A stretch of DNA of 44,753 nt from Eubacteriales bacterium (GCA_045644305.1 JAZRGS010000044.1:1-44753), one strand, 5' to 3'; positions 33,657-43,066 are shown, counted from the stretch's first letter. Numbers and translations are program-made. Notes: generated by a model not told the origin, from the letters alone.

Positions 33657-35339
33657 ATGAAAAGAACAATTGCATTATCGTTGCTTTTGTGTATGCTCGT
33701 AAGCGTTTTTGCGATCGGCGCAAGCGCGGTAGGCGACATCAATGCACCGACCGACGTACCTAAGGTGCTTATCTATACCGAGGGTGGTGTGAATATACCC
33801 TCGAACAAGGATAAGGTCACTTGCGATATATACGTTGTTGACCAAGAGGGCGGTGAATACGAAACCGTTTTCGGCGAGAACTGTACCATTAACGTAAGAG
33901 GTAACTCTACCTCCTCGGCTAATAAAAAGCCTTACAACATCAAGTTTGAAAGTAAGACCGATCTTCTCGGCATGGGCAAAAACAAGAAGTGGAGCCTTCT
34001 TGCGAATTGCTACGACAAGACCCTTATCCGTAACGCTGTGGTTATGGACTTTGCGAAGGAGCTTGGCGTTCCCTATACCCCCGATTACAGATTCGTTGAC
34101 GTATACGTTAACGACGAGCTTCAGGGCAGCTACCTTCTTATCGATTCGATCGAGGTTGGCGAAACCCGCGTTGACATCGACGTAGATAACAACGAATATC
34201 TTTTAGAGCTCGACTATAACCCCCAGGACGAAGATTGCTATTACTTCTATTCGGGCATTAAAGACATTAAATTTGCGATCAACGAGCCCGAAATCGACGA
34301 CCTTTCCGATGAACAGAAGTCTTATGTCACCGATTTGGTTTATGATGCCGAAAGCGCGCTCGATAGCGGCGATTTTGAGATGGTTCAGCAGTATTTTGAC
34401 ATTGAATCGATGGCAAAATTCTATCTCACGCTTGAATATTTCAGAAACATTGACGTTGCTACCAGCTCGACGAGATTCCATATCAAGGGCGGTCAAATTT
34501 ACGGCGGCCCCGTTTGGGACTTCGACCTTTCCTCCGGTAACTACAACGTAGATTATTACGGCAAGGGCACAACCGAGCAGAAATTCCACGCAACAAATAT
34601 GAAGTGGTTCAAGTCGCTCGTTGGATATCCCGAATTTCAGGCGCTCGTTAACGAATATTTCCTTGAAATGCAGGATACCATCGTAAATCTTTATACCGAT
34701 AATTACTACGGCAAGAACAAGATCGATTCGATGATCGAAACCTACGGCGCATCCTTTACTCGCAACAACGTTGATGCCGGCTGGGATCCGAGCGTGGTTC
34801 ACCACTACTCTATGCAGCTCGAGCGTCATCCCGATGCGACCTATGAAGAAAACGTTGAATTCTACCGCAATTGGTTGTACGAGCGTAACGTTTGGCTTCT
34901 TCAGGAATGGGGTCTTACCTCGTTCGTTGAATTGAAGGAGGACGCAAGCGTCACCGAAAAGGACTTCTTTATTAACGGCGTTCGCGACGAAACCGCAAGC
35001 GCAGACCTTCTTTCGCAGTTTGTCGGCGATTCTGTCACCGTTAAGTTCGAGGGCGAAGCTTTGACCGACGACGCATACGTTCCCAACGGCGCGATCGTTT
35101 CCTGCGGCGGTGCAAGCTACGGTGTAACCGTTTTGGGCGACGTATCGGCAGACGGCATTATCGACCAGTACGACTATATTCTTGTTAAGCGCGCATATTT
35201 TGGCACGGTCGCGCTTGACGATATAGATTTTCTTGCGGCTGACATAGACGGTGACGGCGAAATCCTCACCTACGATTATATTGCTGTAAAGCGTCACTAT
35301 TTTGACACACTTGATATCTATGAAACATACATTGATTAA
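33657..35339 (+). CDS. Secreted CotH kinase-family protein with a C-terminal dockerin
   Basis: There is a signal peptide. The CotH pattern is present (INVRGNSTS...KKPYNIKF, KKWSLLANCYDKTLIRN, VDVYVNDELQGSYLLI). The last ~69 aa are a two-repeat dockerin (GDVSADGIIDQYDYILVKRAYFGT ... DIDGDGEILTYDYIAVKRHYF). Confidence 0.85.
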   Translation: MKRTIALSLLLCMLVSVFAIGASAVGDINAPTDVPKVLIYTEGGVNIPSNKDKVTCDIYVVDQEGGEYETVFGENCTINVRGNSTSSANKKPYNIKFESKTDLLGMGKNKKWSLLANCYDKTLIRNAVVMDFAKELGVPYTPDYRFVDVYVNDELQGSYLLIDSIEVGETRVDIDVDNNEYLLELDYNPQDEDCYYFYSGIKDIKFAINEPEIDDLSDEQKSYVTDLVYDAESALDSGDFEMVQQYFDIESMAKFYLTLEYFRNIDVATSSTRFHIKGGQIYGGPVWDFDLSSGNYNVDYYGKGTTEQKFHATNMKWFKSLVGYPEFQALVNEYFLEMQDTIVNLYTDNYYGKNKIDSMIETYGASFTRNNVDAGWDPSVVHHYSMQLERHPDATYEENVEFYRNWLYERNVWLLQEWGLTSFVELKEDASVTEKDFFINGVRDETASADLLSQFVGDSVTVKFEGEALTDDAYVPNGAIVSCGGASYGVTVLGDVSADGIIDQYDYILVKRAYFGTVALDDIDFLAADIDGDGEILTYDYIAVKRHYFDTLDIYETYID

Positions 35340-36432
35340 ACGCTGTTTACTTATATTTCTGTCTCTTTCGGTTTGCCTGCTTTCGTCGTGCATCGCGTTA
35401 GTCCCCACTCTTGAGGACGATTCGAATTATTACGATGAATCCTCGAAAAACGGCGCTTCAAGCCTTGGCGGCGAGGAAAGCGGTGAGGAATCTCTGCCGC
35501 TTGGAGATAAAACGCTCACGGCTCATTTCATCGACGTTTGGCAGGGAGATTCGATATTTATCGAGCTTCCGAACGGCGAATGTATGCTGATAGATGCGGG
35601 AGAACGCGATTATGCGGGCAGAATAATTTCGCTTATCGATTGTCTCGGATACACAAAGATCGATTACGTAGTCGCGACGCATCCTCACGCAGACCATATC
35701 GGCGGTATGCAGAGGGTTATCGAATCCTTCGAAATCGGCAAGATTTATATGCCCGAGGCTATTACCGACACGGCGACGTTTATTAATTTGCTTGAGGCGA
35801 TAGACGCAAAGGGCTTGGGCGTTACCCCCGTAACTGCAGGTCTTTCGGTTGATTTCGGCGGAGCGAGAGGAGTTTTTGTTGCACCCTCGTCGATTGTCGA
35901 TAATCTTAACGACTGCTCGGCGGTTTTGCATTTGAGCTATGGCGAAAAGTCGTTTCTGTTTACCGGCGATGCCGAATCTGCCGAGGAGGCGACGATTAAG
36001 GGCGATATTGCCTGCGACGTTTTAAAGGTTGGTCACCACGGAAGCTATACGTCATCGTCAGACGCGTTTTTGAAAAAGGCGGGAGCGCAAATTGCGGTTG
36101 TTTCCTGCGGTGAAGGCAACGATTACGGACATCCTCACGACGCGGCTCTTAACAGATTGAAAAAGAACGGAATCGAAAAGATATATCGCACCGATATTTC
36201 GGGCACGATTTCTATCGAAACCGACGGAAAGAATTTAAGTGTTAAAGAGGGCACCGAGCCTAAGAATTATATCTGGGTTTTGAATATCGGCAATAAGAAG
36301 GTGCATCGCGCGGATTGCAATTCTGCGGTAGAGATGAACCCGAACAACAAGGCGTATTCGAAGCGCAGCATCGAAGAGCTTGCGGAATTGGGATTTGGCT
36401 TTTGCGGCAGCTGCAAGCCCGATAAGGAGTAA
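35320..36432 (+). CDS. MBL-fold (ComEC/Rec2-type beta-lactamase domain) lipoprotein with an Ada-like Cys4 C-terminal motif
   Basis: The lipobox is LLSSC. The metallo-beta-lactamase motifs HPHADHIGG and VGHHGS are present. The C-terminus is HRADCNSAV...GFGFCGSCKP. ATG 35320 overlaps the cotH end by 20 nt; the track TTG at 35302 is an alternative. Confidence 0.8.
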   Translation: MKHTLIKRCLLIFLSLSVCLLSSCIALVPTLEDDSNYYDESSKNGASSLGGEESGEESLPLGDKTLTAHFIDVWQGDSIFIELPNGECMLIDAGERDYAGRIISLIDCLGYTKIDYVVATHPHADHIGGMQRVIESFEIGKIYMPEAITDTATFINLLEAIDAKGLGVTPVTAGLSVDFGGARGVFVAPSSIVDNLNDCSAVLHLSYGEKSFLFTGDAESAEEATIKGDIACDVLKVGHHGSYTSSSDAFLKKAGAQIAVVSCGEGNDYGHPHDAALNRLKKNGIEKIYRTDISGTISIETDGKNLSVKEGTEPKNYIWVLNIGNKKVHRADCNSAVEMNPNNKAYSKRSIEELAELGFGFCGSCKPDKE

Positions 36433-36435
36433 AAT

Positions 36436-36636
36436 ATGAAAATAACAATCGACCGTATCGAGGGCGAAATCGCCGTTTGCGAGCTTCCCGATACGCAGCT
36501 TATCAATCTTCCGATTTGTTTGTTTGACGACCCCAAGGAGGGCGACGTTTTCAATATCGAAAAGGATATTGCGGCGAAGGAAGAGCAGATGAACAAGGCG
36601 AAATCGCTTTTTGATAAGCTTAAAAGCAGAGAATAA
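36436..36636 (+). CDS. DUF3006 family small protein
   Basis: MKITIDRIEGEIAVCEL...GDVF is the typical DUF3006 beginning. This family is habitually paired with ComEC-like MBL genes. AAGGAG lies before the ATG. Confidence 0.75.
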   Translation: MKITIDRIEGEIAVCELPDTQLINLPICLFDDPKEGDVFNIEKDIAAKEEQMNKAKSLFDKLKSRE

Positions 36637-36640
36637 GATA

Positions 36641-36674
36641 AAAAAATCAAGCTTCATTTGAAGCTTGATTTTTT
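36641..36674. terminator. Bidirectional intrinsic terminator
   Basis: AAAAAATCAAGCTTCA-tt-TGAAGCTTGATTTTTT lies between convergent genes. Confidence 0.85.
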
Positions 36675-36727
36675 GTTTTGTATCAATATTTTACGCGTGT
36701 TATAGGTTAAACACTTGCTTTGGAGAT

Positions 36728-39526
36728 TTAACCGATCGTGTAGGTGCCGAAGTAGTGACGCTTGATAAGGATATAGTCATACTGGTTGACCGCACCGTCG
36801 CCGTTTACGTCGGCGGGCTTCATTTCGGAATCGACAAGCAGACGTGTGCCGAAGTAGTGACGCCTTACAAGAATGTAGTCGTATTGGTTGATATTGCCGT
36901 CTGCGTTGACGTCACCGAGCTTAACAAGGTCGTCGGAAGTGAATTCGACGTCCACGGTAATCAATTCAACATCGTTTTTGTAGGTGATAACGCAGAAGTA
37001 GCTGCCTTCGCTATATTCGGTAAGCTCGGCTTCGGTCTGTCCCTCAATTACGATGGGTCTGTACGAATCGTTGATAATTGCGGTAAAGGTGCAGTCCTCG
37101 TACAAGGTGTCGCAGTAGAAGTAGAAGGAATCGTCGAAGGGAGCAACGAAGGTGTATGATCCGTCTTCGTTTTCGACCCAAGAGCTATCTATGAGTTCGC
37201 CGATTTCCGGGTCGAATTCAACGTCAATAAGCATGGCATAGATATCTTCTAACTCTTCGGAGGGGAATACGGTGATTGCTTCGCCTTCATTGAGTTCGAC
37301 TATGAAGATGTCGTATTCGAAAATTTCATCATTATCTCCGACCATGGAGTAAAGCGAAGGAATCCAACATTTCTGTTCTTCATCGTAATACGAGGGCTCG
37401 CCGATGCTGTCGCCATCAAGGTAAGCACTGTCTCCGATCTCGTCGGTAACTTCAACGATCTCCTGATATTCGTATGTGTACCACTGATAGGATTGAACGT
37501 CCTCGGGGAAATTAACCTCAACAGAAGGATCTGCGACAGAGGGTTCTCTGATGATGCCATATTCCATCAAGAAGATATCGGACGTGAGAACGGTGCCGTT
37601 TTTGTAGGTTGCAACTACGGCGTAGTGCTTGTCAAGCTCGAATTCTTTAAGGGTTTTGTCGGTTTCGCCTTCAAGCTCGGTATCCAAAGTAAGTTCGGAG
37701 AAGCTGAAGATAGCGTTGGTGGTTTCGGGATACTTGCAGTAACTGTAAATGTTATATTCACCGTCTTCGGGAACGATGAATTCGATTTTGCCGTTTTCGT
37801 CGGGGATCTCGTAATAATATTCGTCGCTATCAATGTTGTAGAAACGGAAATCAGGGTCTTCGGGCGAAACAGCGTCGGGATTTGTTAAGGTTACGTAAAC
37901 AGCTTGACCCTCTTGGAGTTCAATATCGAAATAATATGCCGAGTATTCCTGATAACCTCCGTATTCATAAGGGTCGCCGTAATCGGGAACCCAGCATCCG
38001 TTTTCAGAATCATAAGTGCCGTTCGTGTATGTGATTTTTTCGTTTTCGTCAGTAATGGGAGTGATTTCCTCGACGCATTCGTACCATTGGAAGGTTGCAT
38101 CTTCAGCGAAGGTAACTTCGATCGTGGGATCGATAGCGGTGGGCTGAGAAATGATCTGGTAGTCTGCCGCGAAGCTGGAGGAATAAAGCGCGTTCCCTTC
38201 TTTAAGGTTAACTACGCAACGGTAAGTATTGCCGACCTTCATTTCAGAAAGGGTCTTGTCGGTTTCGCCCTCGATATCTTCAAAGGCTGCAACAGTGCCG
38301 TGAGCGGTGATATTAAGACCGTTTGTCGTTCGGCTCGAACCGACGACGATGTATTCGCCGCTTTCGGGTATCTCTGCGGAAACAGTTCCGGTTTCCTCAT
38401 CATAATCGAAAGGCGTCTGCTCAAGGGTTTTAAGAGAGATGATGAACATCGTCATTATTTCGGTTTCTTCGATATTTTTGATATCGATTGAGACGGTTGT
38501 GCCTTCCTGATAGGATGCGCTGAAGTATAGAAGCGCATAGAGGGGAATGCTGGCCTTTAAGTTGTTGTCAATAACGCTTATTATTGCGGGGTTCCATCCG
38601 TTTTCTTTGTCGTAGGATGCTTGGTTAACAAGAGTGGAAATCTCTAAGCCGTCGGGGAGTTCTTCTGCCAAGTCGAGATATGATTCTGCAGAGACGGGGG
38701 AAGCGTTGGTTGAATCTATTTCAGCCTCAGAGTAGTCAGCAAATGTCTGCCACTGATAGGATTTGACGTAATCGGGGAGAGAGACCTCGACAGAGGGGTC
38801 GGTTACGTTGGGCTGTTTTGTGATTTCCAAAGTGACGTCGACAAAATCGGATTTGATTACGATTTCGCCGTAGGTGACTTCACAGTAATATCTTTTGCCC
38901 GGTTCGTAGCTTGAAAGCTTGCTTTCGGTTTCACCCTCGACAGGCTCGTATACGTAAGCATCGATCTGTGCACTTAAAGAAAGGTCGGCGCTTTCGTCAG
39001 CATCTTCGGATATTTCGGCGACAAGAACGAATACACCGGTTTCGTTTACGGTTGCGGCGTAGGTTTGATCTTCGACTTCAACCATGGGGAAGATGTTTTG
39101 CGTTTCGTAATTTCCCAAAAACACTCTTGTGATATCCGAAGAATAGCTTGCGATGATCGTTTCACCCTTTGCCATTTCGATAAAGAAATATTCAAGGTAG
39201 TAGGAGTCTTCTTCGAGTGCGGGATACCAGCAATCGTTTTCAGCGTCGTATTCCGAAGGAGTTGAAAATTCGACGTTAGGATCGGGGTGGTTAGCAGGGT
39301 CGACGATATTTGCGTTCGTATCGTTGACCTTCGATCTTTCGGTTTCGGAAAAATCGGTAACGTACCATTGATATTCAACGCCGGAATCGACGTTGACCTC
39401 GACCGATAAATCGGAAACGGTGGGCTGCTTGGTGATTTCGATGACGGTGTCTTCGGCGGATACTACGATAAGCGCAGAGGATAATACCATCATCACGGCA
39501 AGCAATAAGCTTGTGAAGCGTTTCAT
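36728..39526 (-). CDS. Secreted 932-aa protein: four ~200-aa repeat modules plus a C-terminal dockerin
   Basis: A signal peptide is followed by modules at aa 29-233, 234-457, 458-656 and 657-866. Each has I[TI]xQPxxxDPSVEV...YQW[YQ], YDxENxCWxP, a PPC-like core and EGETxxxL...YxCV. The dockerin is GDVNADGNINQYDYILVRRHYFGT...DVNGDGAVNQYDYILIKRHYFGT. Confidence 0.85.
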   Translation of the reverse strand: MKRFTSLLLAVMMVLSSALIVVSAEDTVIEITKQPTVSDLSVEVNVDSGVEYQWYVTDFSETERSKVNDTNANIVDPANHPDPNVEFSTPSEYDAENDCWYPALEEDSYYLEYFFIEMAKGETIIASYSSDITRVFLGNYETQNIFPMVEVEDQTYAATVNETGVFVLVAEISEDADESADLSLSAQIDAYVYEPVEGETESKLSSYEPGKRYYCEVTYGEIVIKSDFVDVTLEITKQPNVTDPSVEVSLPDYVKSYQWQTFADYSEAEIDSTNASPVSAESYLDLAEELPDGLEISTLVNQASYDKENGWNPAIISVIDNNLKASIPLYALLYFSASYQEGTTVSIDIKNIEETEIMTMFIISLKTLEQTPFDYDEETGTVSAEIPESGEYIVVGSSRTTNGLNITAHGTVAAFEDIEGETDKTLSEMKVGNTYRCVVNLKEGNALYSSSFAADYQIISQPTAIDPTIEVTFAEDATFQWYECVEEITPITDENEKITYTNGTYDSENGCWVPDYGDPYEYGGYQEYSAYYFDIELQEGQAVYVTLTNPDAVSPEDPDFRFYNIDSDEYYYEIPDENGKIEFIVPEDGEYNIYSYCKYPETTNAIFSFSELTLDTELEGETDKTLKEFELDKHYAVVATYKNGTVLTSDIFLMEYGIIREPSVADPSVEVNFPEDVQSYQWYTYEYQEIVEVTDEIGDSAYLDGDSIGEPSYYDEEQKCWIPSLYSMVGDNDEIFEYDIFIVELNEGEAITVFPSEELEDIYAMLIDVEFDPEIGELIDSSWVENEDGSYTFVAPFDDSFYFYCDTLYEDCTFTAIINDSYRPIVIEGQTEAELTEYSEGSYFCVITYKNDVELITVDVEFTSDDLVKLGDVNADGNINQYDYILVRRHYFGTRLLVDSEMKPADVNGDGAVNQYDYILIKRHYFGTYTIG

Positions 39527-39696
39527 AATTTTACCTCCGTAAAAAAATATATTTGGTAGCGTTAAAATGACTTAGGATGCTTTATAGGGCCTGCCTGTGT
39601 ATTTGTTTTCTACCTATTTTAAATATATCATATTTTTTACAAAAATTCACTGCACAAAAAAGCAAAAATACAATGCCGAAATATGTGCAAATGCAA

Positions 39697-39726
39697 CAAA
39701 AAGAGAAGCCTTTGCGAGGCTTCTCT
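39697..39726 (-). terminator. Intrinsic terminator after the metallophosphoesterase gene
   Basis: AGAGAAGCCT-5 nt-AGGCTTCTCT is followed on the minus strand by TTTTTG. Confidence 0.8.
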
Positions 39727-39734
39727 TCATAAAG

Positions 39735-41858
39735 TTATCCAATTGTGTAGGTGCCGAAGTAATGACGGCAGATGAGGATGTAGTCGTACTGGTCGACCAA
39801 GGTATCTTCGTTTACGTCAGCGGGAAGCATTTCTGCATCGGTAAGGATGCGGGTGCCGAAGTAGTGGCGCCTAACGAGGATGTAATCGTATTGGTTGATA
39901 ACACCGTCGTCGTTAACGTCGCCGAGCGTGTATTCGGGCTCGACCGTGCTGCCGTTCTTGCTGCCGTGTACCTCGATTTCGTTCAAGAAAGCAAAGGTGC
40001 CGTTGAGCGAAACCTCAACGCGAACGTAGCGTGCCGATTGGTTAACAGTCGCGGTTGCATAGAAGCCCACGTTCTTTTCTGCTTCGGGCATCGTGACGTT
40101 GATCGCTTCGCCGAAGTTTGTGCCGTCGTTCGAGAGGTAAACCTTCATCCAGTTCGCTTTGTTGATACCCGAATCGCCCTTGAGGTCGATAGAGTGAATT
40201 TTCACCTCGGAGATGCTTTCGATTTTTTCAAGGTCGATGGTTATATAACCCACTCTGTCGGGCGCGTTGATATCGTCGGGATAAGCGGAGTTGTAATAAA
40301 GGGTAAACCAGCGGTGGTCGTAAGATATCGTAGTAGCCATTTCACCGTCGGTAAGGCTTGCGATGTACTTGGAATAGGGCTTACCGTTGCCGGAGATGGT
40401 ATAGGTCTTATCAAGTGCAAGGTTGGTATTGTTCGGGTCGGTAATGTAAGAGGGGATAACCTCGCTTTCGGCAACCGCGCCGCATTCAAGACAACGGCGG
40501 ATCTTCAAACCGTCATAGCGGAGCGAAGCTTCGCTGTGGACCATCCATTCGGAGGGCGAGTGCTTGTGGTTGTTATCGATAACGGGTGCGTTAACGTCGG
40601 TCTTCTTAATTTCGAAGGTATCGATAGCGGCTCCGTCGCTTACACGGTAGGTGGTGAGCTTGAAGCTGTTTGCGGTTACTTCGATATTAGTGAAAAGCGA
40701 ATTGTTTTTAAGCTTGTATGCGACGTGGGGAGCGCTTTCGTCGGGAAGCGGTTCGTAATACTTAGAGCCCGTGCTACTGCCGCCGGTGAGATAAAGGATG
40801 CCGTCGGGGTCGGTTACGCTTGCATTTTTGCCGCTTGCCGTATCGGGAACGTTGTTCTTGATTATATGGCTTCTTGCATAAATATGCTCGTGACCGTTGA
40901 GAACGACGTCGATATCGAGCGCATCGAACATGGGAGCAAGCGCCTCGCGGCGTTGGATGATAGGATCGGTTTCGAAATATTCGCCCGCACCGTAGAGCGC
41001 GTAGTGCATAACCACAACCTTCCAGGTTGCTTCGGGATTAAGCTCGATTGCCTTTTCCATAAAGCGCTTGTGAGCGTCGAAATCAAGGCTGTTGGTGTTG
41101 AGATGTATGAAAAGTACGTTGTTATAGGTGTAATAGTAGTTGCTGCCGGTGTCGTCCTTAGCCTCGAGCTTGCCGGTGGCAAGAGTGTTGGGGAGGTTGA
41201 AGTGCTCGGTATAAAGATAGATCGAATCTGTCGAGCTCGAGCTCTTGGTGCCTTCGTGGTTACCGATAGAGGTTGCAAGTGCAAAGCTTCTGACGTAGTC
41301 GGAGGAGAGGAACTGGCTGAACTGTTCTTCCTTGTTGCCTCTTTCGACCTGGTCGCCCGCAGAAACGATAAGGCTTGTTTTGGGGAACTTCTGAGAGATA
41401 ACCCTAAGGGTGTTTGCCCACTTGGTTTCATCGCTCGCGCTGTTACCCGAGCCGCCGAGCTGAGGGTCGCCTACAAAGACGAAGTTGAAGGAATCGGTAG
41501 AGTCGGTTTCGAAATAGAAGGTTTTCGAAACGTCGCTTCCGTTGCGGACGCGATATGCATAGCGGGTATCGGGCAAAAGTCCGAATACGCTTGCACGGTG
41601 GACGTTGGTTCTTTGGTTTGCGGTTTTAAAAACCGAGGAAGGAATAGTTTCAAACGTGCTTCCAAGACCGCTGTCGGTTGCTACCGAAATTTCGAGCTGA
41701 CCTTCTGTCGAGCTGTGGAACCAGGTGAAATTACGTTCGGTTTCATCGCCGCCGATGGTCATAACGATGTCTTCCTGCGCTTCAGCCGCCAATACTGCGG
41801 TAAAGGAGAGGGGTAACATCATTACCAAAACCAAAATAAAACATAAAAGCTTTTTCAT
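39735..41858 (-). CDS. Secreted metallophosphoesterase (purple-acid-phosphatase-like) + discoidin domain + dockerin
   Basis: There is a signal peptide. The calcineurin-like motifs GDPQ, AGDQVE, GNHE, VMHYALY and NGHEH are present. A later F5/8-type C pattern follows (VYLSNDGTNF, ARYVRVEV, LNEIEVHG). The C-terminal dockerin is GDVNDDGVINQYDYILVRRHYFGT...DVNEDTLVDQYDYILICRHYFGT. Confidence 0.85.
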   Translation of the reverse strand: MKKLLCFILVLVMMLPLSFTAVLAAEAQEDIVMTIGGDETERNFTWFHSSTEGQLEISVATDSGLGSTFETIPSSVFKTANQRTNVHRASVFGLLPDTRYAYRVRNGSDVSKTFYFETDSTDSFNFVFVGDPQLGGSGNSASDETKWANTLRVISQKFPKTSLIVSAGDQVERGNKEEQFSQFLSSDYVRSFALATSIGNHEGTKSSSSTDSIYLYTEHFNLPNTLATGKLEAKDDTGSNYYYTYNNVLFIHLNTNSLDFDAHKRFMEKAIELNPEATWKVVVMHYALYGAGEYFETDPIIQRREALAPMFDALDIDVVLNGHEHIYARSHIIKNNVPDTASGKNASVTDPDGILYLTGGSSTGSKYYEPLPDESAPHVAYKLKNNSLFTNIEVTANSFKLTTYRVSDGAAIDTFEIKKTDVNAPVIDNNHKHSPSEWMVHSEASLRYDGLKIRRCLECGAVAESEVIPSYITDPNNTNLALDKTYTISGNGKPYSKYIASLTDGEMATTISYDHRWFTLYYNSAYPDDINAPDRVGYITIDLEKIESISEVKIHSIDLKGDSGINKANWMKVYLSNDGTNFGEAINVTMPEAEKNVGFYATATVNQSARYVRVEVSLNGTFAFLNEIEVHGSKNGSTVEPEYTLGDVNDDGVINQYDYILVRRHYFGTRILTDAEMLPADVNEDTLVDQYDYILICRHYFGTYTIG

Positions 41859-42047
41859 TTTTCATACTCCTTGGAATTGATTGATTAATTTTAACACAAA
41901 TCAAAGGAATCTTCAAGGGATTACGAAAAATTGGAAAATAAAAAGATTAATTTTTGGGTATCTGCCGCCGAGAATGCATCTTAAAACAGCCGATAGGGGA
42001 CAAAGCAATAAAAAATTGAAAAAAATCGGCTAATTTTCAAATATATA

Positions 42048-42076
42048 TTGACTTTTGGGAATAAAATAGTTAAACT
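42048..42076 (+). promoter_or_regulatory. Sigma-A promoter of fba
   Basis: TTGACT-17 nt-TAAACT. Confidence 0.5.
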
Positions 42077-42116
42077 AACTATGCATGTAAAATACAATGA
42101 TAAAGGAGATTTAAAA

Positions 42117-43052
42117 ATGCCTCTCGTATCTACAAAAGAAATGTTTGAGAAAGCCTATAAGGGCGGCTACGCTATCGGTGCGTTCAACGTAAACAACATG
42201 GAAATTATCCAGGGTATCACCGAAGCAGCTAAGGAAGAAAACGCTCCCCTTATTCTTCAGGTTTCCTCCGGCGCAAGAAAGTACGCTAACCACACCTACC
42301 TCGTTAAGCTCGTTGAAGCTGCAATTCAGGAAACCGGTCTTCCTATCGCACTTCACCTTGACCACGGCGACACCTTCGAACTTTGCAAGTCCTGCATCGA
42401 CGGCGGCTTTACCTCGGTTATGATCGACGGTTCCCACCACTCCTTCGAAGACAACATCGCTCTTACCAAGCAGGTTGTTGAATATGCACACGCTCACGGC
42501 GTTACCGTTGAAGGCGAACTTGGTCGTCTCGCAGGTATCGAAGACGCAGTAAACGTTTCCGAAAAGGACGCTTCCTACACCGATCCCGATCAGGTTCAGG
42601 AATTCGTTGAAAAGACCGGCGTTGACTCTCTCGCAATCGCTATCGGTACTTCTCACGGCGCATACAAGTTCAAGCCCGGTCAGAAGCCCCAGCTCCGCTT
42701 CGACATCCTCGAAGAGGTTGAAAAGAGACTTCCCGGCTTCCCGATCGTTCTTCACGGCGCTTCTTCCGTAATTCCCGAATACGTTAACATCATCAACGCT
42801 AACGGCGGTAGAATGCCCGACGCTATCGGTATTCCCGAAGATATGCTCCGCAAGGCTGCTTCTATGGCAGTTTGCAAGATCAACATCGACTCCGACCTTC
42901 GTCTTGCAATGACCGCAGCTATCCGCGAACACTTCGCTCAGTCTCCCGAACACTTCGACCCGAGACAGTACCTCAGCCCTGCACGCGCTAACATCAAGTC
43001 GCTCGTTAAGCACAAGCTCGTTAACGTTCTCGGCTGCAACAACAAGGCATAA
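42117..43052 (+). CDS. fba: Class II fructose-1,6-bisphosphate aldolase
   Basis: MPLVSTKEMFEKAYKGGYAIGAFNVNNME, LHLDHG, GELG and GTSHGAYKF motifs are present. AAAGGAG lies before ATG 42117. Confidence 0.95.
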   Translation: MPLVSTKEMFEKAYKGGYAIGAFNVNNMEIIQGITEAAKEENAPLILQVSSGARKYANHTYLVKLVEAAIQETGLPIALHLDHGDTFELCKSCIDGGFTSVMIDGSHHSFEDNIALTKQVVEYAHAHGVTVEGELGRLAGIEDAVNVSEKDASYTDPDQVQEFVEKTGVDSLAIAIGTSHGAYKFKPGQKPQLRFDILEEVEKRLPGFPIVLHGASSVIPEYVNIINANGGRMPDAIGIPEDMLRKAASMAVCKINIDSDLRLAMTAAIREHFAQSPEHFDPRQYLSPARANIKSLVKHKLVNVLGCNNKA

Positions 43053-43066
43053 TTTTGTCACTATGG

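Noticed and set aside
39597-41816. 739-aa plus-strand ORF antisense to the metallophosphoesterase gene. Analogous long antisense ORFs occur at 1696-2382, 11082-12236, 13146-14630, 23374-23955, 26601-27533, 27666-28334, 28603-29562, 30023-31039, 34203-35408 and 42111-43061.
   Set aside because: All overlap genes with strong family signatures on the other strand and lack ribosome-binding sites and motifs. Where I checked, they are in the direct codon-complement phase. They are a compositional artefact, not overlapping genes.
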